Below, piece by piece: positions 1 through 19,030 of a stretch of 64,000 nucleotides of DNA. The stretch lies in assembly GCA_951406725.2 (NCBI GenBank), contig OX597828.1, positions 63,116,001-63,180,000 of the forward strand. Reading direction: 5' to 3'. A program made the translations under genes and the position numbers. Position 1 is the stretch's first letter. Every line of letters starts with the position of its first letter. Source of the stretch: Octopus vulgaris (lineage: Eukaryota). The notes beneath the pieces were generated by a model, which did not search any database, was not told the DNA's origin, and saw only the letters and a list, made by a program, of their open reading frames with translations.

Positions 1-1419
1 TGTGTGTGTATATATATATATAGACATATATGTATGTGTGTGTGTATATATATATATATATATACACACACGTCTGTGTGTGTACATACATATATTTGAT
101 AAATATATGCATTGTGCACTGAATATTTTGCCATAACCTTAAATTGTAGTTCTTCCGGCTTTTTTTCTTTCTCGAAAACGTGAATTTATAACAGTTGTGT
201 GTGTACATGTGTATGTACATATGTATGTGCGTGTGATATACTCTATTGAAAGTGAAAAACCTCGCAAAACTTAGTCCGAGGTTCGTTTCTGATTGTCGTG
301 TGTTCACGTGCGTACAGAAAAATTAGAAATAATGAAATCGTGTCTGTATGTTGTTATGCTTAATTTGCATTAGACTTGCCGTGCCATTAGTAACATCATG
401 AACATCACATCTTCACATTGTTCCTCATTATATGGAAGCAGCTCCATATTTGTCCTAAGAATTCTGACAATGCTTTTGTGTGTGTATCTCTCTCTTTGTC
501 TTTCCCTCTGTGTTTCCAGTGTGTTCTTTGCATGGACGTCTTCTTCCTTGTGTGTGTGCACGAAACACGTATGTGTTTTGAGATATGGAAATAAAACGAT
601 GATGGTGTGTGTGTGTGTGTGTGTGAGATCTAGTTTATTGTCATTGAAAAATGAATTCCATCCCGAGTTTAAAAAATTGAAACATTTACTGCAGTAACAA
701 CGGCAATCAATACATCTCAAATTGCATTGTTTTTTATTGACAAATATAAACAATAGCATATACACACCACTGTGTGTATGTGTAATACGTTTTCTGCTTT
801 GTTGAACGTCCATCAATCAGGTGATGGAGAGTTTTTTTTGGCCATGTTAAGGGCAGTGTACACATGTGAAACCACTTGGGGTTGCTGATGTCTTCAAATG
901 ATGCTGTCTTGCTCTGTCTCCTCTTCCCACACCTCTTTCTACAGCTAGGAAGACGACTTTAGTATGTTTTCGCCATGGACGGAGGTGAAACATCAATAAT
1001 GTTTATGTGCAGCAGCAGCAGCAGCCGTCCTCACTACCAGCTTCTGGGCCTTGTGGTCAGCGATAGAACAACCAGATTACACAGACCACACCACACTGCA
1101 ATGCAGTAGTAAGGTCAGGATGCTCTCTCACTTGTATATGGGGGAAAGTTGGAGAGTAGCCGAGAAGGAAAATTAATTTAATTTTCTTTCTCCAAAGGAA
1201 ATCCAGACTCGACTGGAACTTGCTTCACTATAAAACAGGTGGGCTACGAGAGGATCTCTGTTGCAGGTTTTTAAAATTTAAAATTTTTAATAGGTTGGTA
1301 CTCAAAACTTTTTGTAAGGCCTCAGAGTGATGAGGTCTCTGCAGCCGATGCCCCACTTGACATCTGTAGTGGAAAATCTGGACAGGAGTAAACTGGGGTA
1401 GGTGGGTAGTGGTGGAGTG

Positions 1420-1610
1420 GTTTGTGGTTCTGGTCTGAACATGGATGAACCAGGGTTAGTGGTGGGCCTGGTCTAAATGTAGATGGAGTTAACCAGTTTG
1501 GATGGTGGGTCTGGTTTGAATGTGGGTGGACTGGACCAGTGTAGGTGGTGGTTCTGATCTGAATGTGGGTGGAGTAGACCAGGGTGGGTGTTGGATTCTG
1601 TCCTGAATGA
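1420..1610. repeat. G-rich minisatellite, 43-bp unit, about 4.5 degenerate copies
   Basis: Units start at 1461, 1504, 1547 and 1590. Consensus is approximately GGTGGKYCTGGTCTGAATGTGGGTGGAGTAGACCAGKGTRGGT. Confidence 0.8.
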
Positions 1611-2289
1611 TGCTTGAAACAGTAAACTTCATCAAATGCATCTAATGGTGGTGGTGGTGGAGTTGAACCAGGTAGAGGATCTAATCAAGAAATGTGATGA
1701 TGTTTGCCATTGCTATAAACAAGTATAATCAGGTGAAAGAAGTGCAAATTGTTTCACACACACACACCAAATCTCCTGCACATGTCTTTACCACAAACTT
1801 TGATAGTTTTATAACAGTTTTTTTGTTGGACAAATATTTTTCACCATTGGTTGTATTTGACATTTCTTCATGCAAACTGGAGATAATACCAACTTCAGTG
1901 AATACTTATTATTATTATTGTTAATAGTAGAAGCAGTAGTTATGATATTTGTAGATAACATATTGTAATTGTGTTGAAAAACAATGTTTTCCTGGAAACA
2001 CAAAAGTTTACACAATTCCACATTCTTAAATACACTTGTAAACATAATCTAAATGCTCACGTAAACCTCGGGTTGTAAACATCCCCCTCCCCATCATTGT
2101 TTTATGTTTACTTTCCATTGTGGTCTGGATCATTACATCCTCAGTCAGATGCTCTTCAGGGTTATTGTTCCTCTAGGCAGGTTGTGTCCCATAACTTACA
2201 AACATTCTACTTATAGCACGTTTTCTATGGTTGGCTGTCCTACAAAGTATAGGGTCACTTGAAGAGTGTCTTGGGGTGTATTTTATTAT

Positions 2290-2570
2290 GATATTAGCAT
2301 TAGAAAGGTTGTCAGTGCCCTCAGCAGAATTAAAGGGTTCTGTCAACCCTAGACCTCTCTGATAGTGGCATTAGCACTAGAGATTGTTATGCTCTTAATA
2401 AGACAAAAGGATCCACTTAACCCTTGCATTTCCTAACACCAACGACATACAGAGTGTATTGGCACTTGCTCTACAGAGGTTGTTAATGCCATCAACAAGA
2501 ACAAAGGATCTTCTCAGCCCTGGCTCTTCTTAATTATGGTATTAACACTTTTGAAGTTGTCCATGTCCTT
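2290..2570. repeat. Degenerate tandem repeat, 3-4 units of roughly 75-90 bp
   Basis: Recurrent pattern ...TTAGCA(C/T)TAGA..G(G/A)TTGT..TGC....A..AGA..AAAGG.TC....AACCCT near 2295, 2370 and 2462. Confidence 0.5.
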
Positions 2571-2789
2571 GGCTCCTCTTGACTCTGTAAAGTAGTACAC
2601 AAACAATACAAAGTCTACGTAACACATTGTCGTCAGCTGTGTGTCATAGATACGTTAATGCTCAACTGTAAACATAATATCTACAACTCTTCATTAAAAT
2701 ACACGTGCACATATTAAAAATTCAAGAATTAATGATTATAGTTTGTTGTACAGAGAAAATCATTTTTTTTTATTCAGGCTGCAGAGTCA

Positions 2790-3099
2790 TTGGTGTGTCA
2801 GACAAAATACTTTGCAGCATTTCTTCTGATTCTTTACATTCAAGGTTCAGATTCTGTGAATGTTGGTGTGCCTTTCATTCTTGGAGGGGTGGGTCATTGA
2901 AATATGTGCTAGTTGAGCATTGGGGGTCAGTGTATAACTGACTTACCCCTTCCCTCCCCTACAGTTGCTGGCTTTATGCCAAAATTTGAAATCATCAAAA
3001 GGTGCTGAGTTGGTTGTCTCAGTAGCACATCACTCAAGATACTAAGTGGTATTTCTTCTGGTACTTTTTGAGTTCAAATCCCATTGAAGTTGACTTTGC

Positions 3100-3101
<2 letters not shown>
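2790..3101 (+). mobile_element. Two adjacent decayed SINE pieces (AAGGCGGC-headed family); the second stops at the LINE junction
   Basis: Similar to the better preserved copy at 22281 (GAGTTCAAAT...GACTTTGC.TT, CCAAAATTTGAA tail). Confidence 0.6.
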
Positions 3102-8786
<5,685 letters not shown>

Positions 8787-8791
8787 CAAGA

Positions 8792-9106
8792 ATGTCCAGA
8801 ACCTGGAAACGTGACGAACTGGCGTGGTTCCTGCGAGGATGGCAATGCGCTGACGGAGAAAATCCAAATAATATAATTACGGCTGCGCTGAAGAACAACG
8901 GATACAAAAGGACGTCAGCTCAAATAGAGCGGAAGAAGCAAGAATTTATACGCTCCTACGCACTTGTCAGATCGCACATTAACACGCTGATGCCATTTTT
9001 GACAGCGAAAAACGCGCACAAAGTAAAGATGGCAAGGATAGAGACGCGGGCGCTGATGAGGAGGGTCACCCCCACCTGGTGGACACCCAGGAAGAAACTC
9101 CAGTGA
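8792..9106 (+). CDS. LINE ORF1 N-terminal part, 104 aa, trihelix Myb/SANT-like domain candidate
   Basis: [17 protein letters not shown]...[29 protein letters not shown] fits the trihelix pattern W-x3-E-x3-(L/F)L ... I-x2-L-x3-GY-x-R(T/S)-x2-Q-x3-K-x6-Y. Pattern recognition only. Confidence 0.6.
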   Translation: MSRTWKRDELAWFLRGWQCADGENPNNIITAALKNNGYKRTSAQIERKKQEFIRSYALVRSHINTLMPFLTAKNAHKVKMARIETRALMRRVTPTWWTPRKKLQ

Positions 9107-9122
9107 GAGGCCTGCCCGGGAG

Positions 9123-9689
9123 ATGCAAACCCAGGTGCAAGATGCTCCTACCAGCACCAAAAGCCATGGACATGGAGATGAAAAAGAAGAAAAAAAGGAA
9201 GAAAAACTGAAGCTAAAACTCAGACAAAGCCAAAAGGGGCAAGGCAGCCAGGATAGAGGCAAACCTAACTATCCATATGCCAAAAAGGATGGAAACAAGC
9301 AGCGCACACGGGTGTGTAGGTTCTACCTGAAAGGTGCCTGCTGGCATGGAGAGGAAGGTGCAGGCTGCCGCTTTGCACATCCGGGACCCAGAGCCACAGA
9401 AACCAACCACCAAAAGGAAATGGGATGGACCACGCATCACCTGCCCCAAAACGGAGGTACGCAGATGTGGTGCGTACCACAACCACCAACATGTGTTGTT
9501 GAAAGAGCAGCTGCTGAGCAGGAATCTTTTTGTGCATGGCACAAAAGATTGTACAGCAGCCTAACCTGGCTCCATCAGGCTCAGGCTCGCAGATGGAACT
9601 GCCCACAGTTCACAAGACCGCCACAGCAGATGGACCCAGGGTGGACACCGCCGGCAACAGCATACACCTCACCTCGATGCTCCTACTGA
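9123..9689 (+). CDS. LINE ORF1 C-terminal part with CCCH zinc finger
   Basis: VCRFYLKGACWHGEEGAGCRFAHP (C-x7-C-x8-C-x3-H), preceded by a Lys/Glu-rich stretch. This frame is open back to 9060 and overlaps the upstream ORF. Confidence 0.7.
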   Translation: MQTQVQDAPTSTKSHGHGDEKEEKKEEKLKLKLRQSQKGQGSQDRGKPNYPYAKKDGNKQRTRVCRFYLKGACWHGEEGAGCRFAHPGPRATETNHQKEMGWTTHHLPQNGGTQMWCVPQPPTCVVERAAAEQESFCAWHKRLYSSLTWLHQAQARRWNCPQFTRPPQQMDPGWTPPATAYTSPRCSY

Positions 9690-12588
9690 ACATCAGAGGA
9701 CTACTAACACACAGTAACAGGACAAAAGTCCCGTTCCTGAGAGACTTTGTCGCATGCAATCAAGCCTTATGCATAGCACTTACGCAGAAACGCATCTGAA
9801 ACCGGACATAGCAGATGCGGAATTACACATACCACAGTATGTTGTACTACGGACCGACAGAAAAGAAAGGAGTCATGGAGGAGTTGCTATGTACATCCGT
9901 GGGGACCTCACACCCCAGGTCCTTTTGTCATACTCAAACTCGGTGTGTGACACACTAATTGTACATATAAGGCAACTTGATGTAGTTGTGTGTGCTACAT
10001 ATCGCCCTCCAGATGCCCCAAGTCATATGGGCAAGTTTGAAGACTGCCTTATAAAAATAGAAGAAGTTCTAATCACATTAGAACAACACATAAGTGTACT
10101 TCTCATGGGAGACTTCAATCTACCCAATGTCAGATGGCCCGAGGGCCTTTCTCTCCCAGGAATGACAAGATGTGAACGAGGACAGGCGAGGTCCCTCCTG
10201 AACCTCATCAACACCCTGTACATGGAGCAAGTAATACTCCAACCAACCAGAGCAGGTAACACACTGGATCTCTGCTTCACAAATAATATGGATCTCATCC
10301 ATAATGTGAAAGTGACACCGACACTACTCTCGGATCACAACATGGTAGAGCTGACCATGTACGGGCCAAAAGAGAGCACGGACATGCAGCCTACAAGAAA
10401 CCCTCAGAATCTTTCCAGCTTGAACTTCAATAAGGCAAACTGGAAACAAATTGAGAAAGAGATCCTCAAACAAAACTGGCCTGAATGTCTCTCCTCGCCG
10501 GACATCGACATGATACTTCAACAATTCATGTCTGTAATGCAAGCCATATGCTACAAATGTGTCCCAGAGAGAAAGGCCACTGTACACAAGAACAAAATCC
10601 CCAGAGAGAGGAAAATTTTAATGAGACGGCGTACAAAAATTTCAAATCGCCTAAACAAACAAATTGAAAGCAGTGAAAAGTCCCGCCTGAAAATAAAACT
10701 GTTGGAAATTGAAAATTGTCTGCAACTCTCCCATGAGAAGGAAAGAGCAGACAAAGAAGCCTGGGCTATAGACAACATAAAAACTAACCCCAGAGCTTTC
10801 TACAGGTATGCCAAAGAAACAGCTACGGTGCACTGTAGGATAGGGCCACTCCTTGAAAAGGATGGCACACTCACAGGAAAACCAATGAGGGTAAGTGAAA
10901 TACTGAATGAACAATTCAAGAGTGTTTTCACTCCACCCCTTGGGCATTTCCAAATCAGCAATCCAACTGACTTCTTTACCACTGCAGATATAGAATCAGA
11001 GGCGGCGACGATAAATTACATCGATATAAAGGAAGACGATGTAATAAAGGCTATAGATGAAATGAAAACAGACTCAGCTATTGGCCCCGATGGATTCCCG
11101 GCAATCCTCCTAAAAGTATGTAAGAGAGTCCTAGCAAGACCACTGCAGTTCCTCTTTCAGAGCTTCCTTGCAGCTGGCAAACTTCCAAGAAAACTGAAGG
11201 AAGGTAAAATATGCCCTATTCATAAAGGAGGTAGCAGAGCGGAGGCCAAGAACTACAGACCTATCTCTCTGACCTCACACATCAGCAAGGTCATGGAACG
11301 AATAGTCAGAAGGAAACTAATCACCTTCCTTGAAGAAAATGACTTGCTGCCTGACACCCAACATGGTTTCCCGACCAGGAAGAAGCTGCTTAACTCAGCT
11401 CCTGCAGCACTATGACTGGGTGCTGAAACAACTGCTCAACCACTCAAATGTGGAAGTCATATATCTCGACTTCGCAAAGGCCTTTCGATAAAGTCGATCA
11501 TGGAATGATATGTCACAAACTGCGTGATCTTGGCATAGTTGGAAAACTAGGAGAATGGCTTCATGACTTTCTGAAGAATAGAAGCATAGCAGCCAATGGG
11601 GCCACTTCCATTAGCACGCAAATAGTGAGCTCCACAGGGAGACCACTACTGTTCATAATGGCATGCCCTCAGCCACGCGGAGAGCCACGATCACAAGTTA
11701 TGCAGATGATACAAAAGTTTCACAGGATACAGAACCCTGAAGACACTAAGCACCTCAATGTGAGCTGGACGAAATATAGAATAGCATGCAGTTCAATGAA
11801 AAGTTTCAAGCTTTATACTATCAGCATGCAAGACTGAATGCAATACCCAATGAATACACTGGACCCGGAGGGATTGCAATCCCAGAGGCACAATCAGTGC
11901 GTGACCTGGGTATTCACATGAGTGATGACGCGACCTTTCATGTACATGTTGCTAAACTGACAATGAAATGCAGACGGCTGGCTGGCTGGATTCTTAGAAC
12001 CTTTAGAACAAGAGAACAAGAAACCATGATGGTCCTCTGGAAGACACTTGTCCTAAGCCACTTTGACTATTGCTCTCAGCTATGGTCACCATCCAGTGTC
12101 AAGTTGATCACAGAACTTGAGGCGATCCAACGAAGCTACACGAAGAAGATAGCCTCTATGCAGAATGTAAGCTACTGGGAGAGACTCAAGAGATTAAAGC
12201 TCTATTCCCTGAGCGTAGGCGAGAAAGATATGCCATAATATATATCTGGAAGATCCTGGAAGGTCTTGTCCCAGACTTTGGCATCGAGAGTCACACAAAC
12301 GCCAGAACCGGACGCCACTGCGTAGTACCAAGGACTCCAAATTTGCCATCAAGATGTAGAGAAGATATTGTGATAGCCTGGGCTTCAGAGGCCCACGGCT
12401 CTTCAATGTCCTCCCGAAGAACCTGAGGGACCTGCATGGTGTAGATGCGGATGTCTTTAAAGTAGGACTGGATCTCTTCCTGTCAGGTGTCCCTGATGAA
12501 CCAACTTCACGGCAGGAGGTGCAGATGAGGGCAGCTGCATCGAACTCTCTCATGCATCAGATGGCGTTTGCTAAAAAGCATCCGTGAG
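9677..12588 (+). pseudogene. CR1 ORF2 (APE endonuclease plus RT) with multiple frameshifts
   Basis: APE motifs LLLNIRGL, ETHL, DR..RSHGGVAMYI, YRPP, MGDFNLP, NTLDL and SDHN. RT motifs GPDG, NYRPISLTS and FDKVDH are split over ORFs 9530-9799, 9754-11415, 11448-11837 and 11786-12238. Confidence 0.9.
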
Positions 12589-12668
12589 GTAAACCCGTGT
12601 AGCAAACCAAATGGCGGTGCCACAGCATGGCCACAGCTCATTAGCTGAAACTGGAAAAATCAAAATCA

Positions 12669-14304
<1,636 letters not shown>

Positions 14305-15784
14305 CTAGCAGTATCGCCCGGCGTTGCTCGGGTTTGTAAGGGAAATAACTATATAAGCATTTTTAGAGAGTTATAGCCAAAAAATTGCAAAAAAATGCAT
14401 TAAAAATGGAAAAAAAATTAAGGTAAATTCTTTTAAAAAATCGTTGACACATCGTAGATATTTTTAGAGAGTTACTTCCCTTATATAATAGCGAAAAAAT
14501 GCATTAAAATGGAAAAATATGATGGTAAATTTTTTTTAAATCGTAGACTCATCGTAGACGCGCGCTAATACCCAGAAGGGCTCGATATGAATCACGACTA
14601 TAAGATACCCGGTTTTGGTTACACTGCACCGCAAAATGTGGGAGTGGTTACGAATCTAAATCGTAGGAGACAGACACACAACTTCGCTTTTACATATATA
14701 AAGATATAAGCCACGTAGTTATATACACATACTTTGTTATATACACATTCTGAAAAGAAAATGTTATTTTGAACACAACATTTATAAAGAATAAAATATT
14801 TTTTGGTTTTTCTTAACCCTTTCGTTACTATATTTCTGACCAAAATATGTGTTTCGATTAATTTCTAACGTAATCATAAATTTAGTCTGGTTTCATTAAA
14901 CAACTATAACTTTTTTATTTATCAATATATTAACATGAATTTCGGAAGATAATTTAATGAAATGTTCTCAACCAATTCTATACTATAATTTTTGTCACAA
15001 AGTGACTCTAATTGCAGGTAGATACAGGTAAATTCAACAAAATATAAAATTATTAAAATTTTGTTCAAACATCGCTATAGAAAATGGGTTATTAGCTAAT
15101 ATTCAATTGGGTATACAACAAAATTTTACGATAGAATTTGTTATTCTGGGTAACTTTCTGATACCCATAATAATATTTATGGCAAAATAGGCCTTAATTT
15201 CATTTAAGGTTGTGGGAAATAACAAACTATCCTTTCTTTCGTTTTGTTTACGTTTAGCGTAACAGTTCGTTTCCGCCGTAATGATTTCAAATGGGCTCAT
15301 TCGAAAAAGTAAAAAGAAATAGTCTAAGGCTTTACTCTTCTGGGAAAGTCTGTGGCTTGGTCCAGTTTCTTCAGAAAAATCACCGAAAGAAACAGTTTTT
15401 AAATTTTCACTCCATTCATGTGCCAATTCATTTTCTTTATCGCTGTCGGATTCACTGTTTTCACTTTAATCGTTGCAAACTTGCAAAGAGAAAGGAGAAA
15501 TTAGGGTGATAGCGTCAGTGAAACAGTTCGCTCCGTTTGTGTGTGTGTGCGTGTGCGTATGCTGTAGCCCACACTAAAAAAAGCATTTGACATACACACC
15601 ACAATGTGAGTTTTCTCTAAATTTTACTTAATTGGGGTTGAAATTTTAAAAACTGGACCTGGCACGACCCGATGCATTCTACTCTTAAAAATGCTAGGTA
15701 AATTGTAATTGAAGAAATCCTATATTGTAGATTTCTATAAGAGACAAAGGGAGGCAGATAAAATCTGCCTTTTATAATAAGAGA
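14305..15784 (-). mobile_element. Composite non-autonomous Helitron
   Basis: On the minus strand it starts A|TCTCTTATTATAAAAGGC (15784) and ends with hairpin CCCGAGCAACGCCGGG plus CTAG|T (14305). There is no TSD. A second Helitron-like 5' end (TCTTTATATATGTAAAAGCG) lies at 14704. Confidence 0.8.
15103..15426 (-). pseudogene. piggyBac (PGBD-like) transposase N-terminal fragment
   Basis: FSEETGP...ALDYFFLLF...IITAETNCYA...TTLNEIKAYFAINIIMGIRKLP matches the piggyBac N-terminal pattern. A piggyBac-like end TTAA|CCCTTTCGTTAC lies at 14813. Confidence 0.85.
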
Positions 15785-15798
15785 TATATATATGTATG

Positions 15799-15831
<33 letters not shown>

Positions 15832-16036
15832 CTGTATATATATATATGTATATATATATATGTATATATATATATGTATATATATATATGTATATATATA
15901 TATGTATATATATATATGTATATATATATGTATATATATATATGTATATATATATATGTATATATATATGTGTATATATATATGTATATATATATATGTA
16001 TATATATATATGTATATATATATGTATATATATATG

Positions 16037-16109
<73 letters not shown>

Positions 16110-16124
16110 GTATATATATATATG

Positions 16125-16155
<31 letters not shown>

Positions 16156-16156
16156 G

Positions 16157-16201
<45 letters not shown>

Positions 16202-16210
16202 GTATATATG

Positions 16211-16293
<83 letters not shown>

Positions 16294-16472
16294 GTATATA
16301 TGTATATATATGTATATATATATGTATATATATATGTATATATATGTATATATATATGTATATATATATGTATATATATATGTATATATATATATGTATA
16401 TATGTATATATATATGTATATATATATGTATATATATATATGTGTATATATATATGTATATATATATATGTG

Positions 16473-16503
<31 letters not shown>

Positions 16504-16608
16504 GTGTATATATATATATGTATATATATATGTATATGTATATATATACATGTATATATATATGTATATATATATGTATATGTATATATATACATGTATA
16601 TATATATG

Positions 16609-16643
<35 letters not shown>

Positions 16644-16663
16644 GTATATATATATATGTATAT

Positions 16664-16709
<46 letters not shown>

Positions 16710-16743
16710 GTATATATATACATGTATATATATATATGTATAT

Positions 16744-16793
<50 letters not shown>

Positions 16794-16934
16794 GTATATA
16801 TATATATACATGTATCTATATATATATATATATACATGTATATATATATATGTATATATATATATACATGTATCTATATATGTATATATATATATGTATA
16901 TATATATATGTATATATATATACATGTATATATA

Positions 16935-16977
<43 letters not shown>

Positions 16978-17351
16978 ATATATATGTATATATATATATA
17001 TACATGTATATATATGTATATATATATGTATATATATATGTATATATATATGTATATATATATGTATATATATATGTATATATATATATGTGTATATATA
17101 TATGTATATATATATGTATATATATATATGTATATATATATGTATATATATATGTATATATATATGTATATATATATGTATATATATGTGTATTATATAT
17201 ATATGTATATATATATGTATATATATGTGTATGTATATATATGTATATATGTATGTATATATATGTATATATATGTATATATATATGTATATATATGTAT
17301 ATATATATGTATATATATGTATATATATATATGTATATATATGTATATATA
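15785..17351. repeat. About 1.6-kb (TA)n array with TATG/CATG variants
   Basis: Direct reading of the sequence. Confidence 0.98.
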
Positions 17352-17533
17352 TCATCATCATCATCATCATCGTTTAACGTCCGTTTTCCGCGCTAGCACG
17401 GGTTGGACGGTTTCGACCGGGGTCTGGGGAGCTCGGGACTGCCCCAGGCTCCAGTCTAGTCTGGCAGTGCTTCTACAGCTGGATGCCCTTCCTAACGCCA
17501 ACCACTCCGCGAGTGTAGTGGGTGTTTTTTACG
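17352..17533 (-). mobile_element. Short 3'-end copy of the RTE family with (GAT)n tail
   Basis: The reverse complement matches 61195-61370 (GAGTGGTTGGCGTTAGGAAGGGCATCCAGCTGTAGAA...CGGACGTTAAACGATGATG). Confidence 0.85.
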
Positions 17534-17935
17534 TATATATGTATATATATGTATATATATATGTATATATATGAATATATATATGAATATATATATGAAT
17601 ATATATATGAATATATATATGTATATATATGTATATATGTATATATATATGTATATATATATATATGTGTGTATATATATATGTGTATATATATATGTAT
17701 ATATATATATGTGTATATATATATGTATATATATATATATATATACATATATATGTGTGTATATATATGTGTATATATGTATATATATGTGTATATATGT
17801 GTATATATATGTGTATATATGTATATATATGTGTATTTATATATATGTGTATATATATATGTATATATATATGTATATATATATATATGTGTATATATAT
17901 ATGTATATATATATATATGTGTATATATATATATG

Positions 17936-17966
<31 letters not shown>

Positions 17967-18034
17967 GTGTATATATATATATATGTGTATATATATATGT
18001 GTATATGTATATATATATGTGTATATATATATAT

Positions 18035-18072
<38 letters not shown>

Positions 18073-18122
18073 GTATATATATATGTGTATATATATGTAT
18101 GTATATGTATATATATGTATAT
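17534..18122. repeat. (TA)n/(TG) compound array
   Basis: Direct reading of the sequence. Confidence 0.97.
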
Positions 18123-19030
18123 AAAATCATCATCATTATGTAGATGAGAGAGAGATAAGTAGTAGTAGTAGTTGTAGTCGTCAAGGTAATGTTCTTAAAA
18201 TAATGCCTTAACCTATAGTTTAATACATAAATCAGAATTGCTATTTCTAGACTAGTAAAGGAAGCTTGAAATAGTATATTAAAATGAGCTGATGTTACTA
18301 ATATGAATTATCTACTCTATGGAGATAATTATCATTAAATACTTAAACTGTATTTGTAAAACAAGAGTGAAACCTGTCCTCGTTCTTTTGAAGGACATAA
18401 CAAAAAATAAGTTTGTATTTATATTTGTTTCTCTACATTTGTTCATTCCTTTTATGTCCTTTTGTTTTTTCATGCTAGTATAGGTTTTGGACAGTTATTT
18501 GTGACAGGATTTTATGGCTGGATACTCTCTTTGTCACCGACCCTTATCTATTTTCAAGTGAGGGATACATTATTCGTGAAGTGTGGAGCAACCATTCCCA
18601 ATGTCAACATCCCCACCACTTTGCTTAAGCTGTGACAAGTATGAAATCGCAATGTCTATGCACATTTGAATGCACAAACAAACACTTGTACAGAAATGTA
18701 TGTTTGATGTGATGTGGTGGTTTTTGTCTAATACTGTTTTAGTTTAGTCACAGAGATTGAAGGTGTTCCAGTTATGATGGCTGAACATGTCACCTGATTC
18801 TGCACTTTAAAGACTTCTTTGAACCCTTTACTGTCCAACCTATACCAGCATGGAAAACAGAAGTTAAACATTGATAAGGATTTATATATATCCATATATA
18901 TTATGCATAAGATGTTCAGACTAAATTTGCCAGTTTACATAAAAGGAAAAGAAAACAATGTCCCATTCGAATATAAAAGTGTTTTAACAATCACAAAATC
19001 TGAACTAGATTATGGTGGAGAGGTAACATT

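Larger units (their letters stand above)
8787..12668 (+). mobile_element. Near full-length CR1-clade LINE (copy 2) embedded in (TA)n
   Basis: ORF1-like region, then APE endonuclease and RT. The 3' UTR matches copy 1 and ends AAAATCAAAATCA. Both flanks are (TA)n. Confidence 0.93.

Noticed and set aside
370-816. 148-aa and 99-aa overlapping ORFs
   Set aside because: Composition is driven by (TG)/(CT) microsatellites, with no recognisable motifs.
1420-1610. CRISPR-like or Gly-rich coding repeat
   Set aside because: There are no unique spacers and no cas genes, the context is eukaryotic, and the 43-bp period breaks the reading frame.
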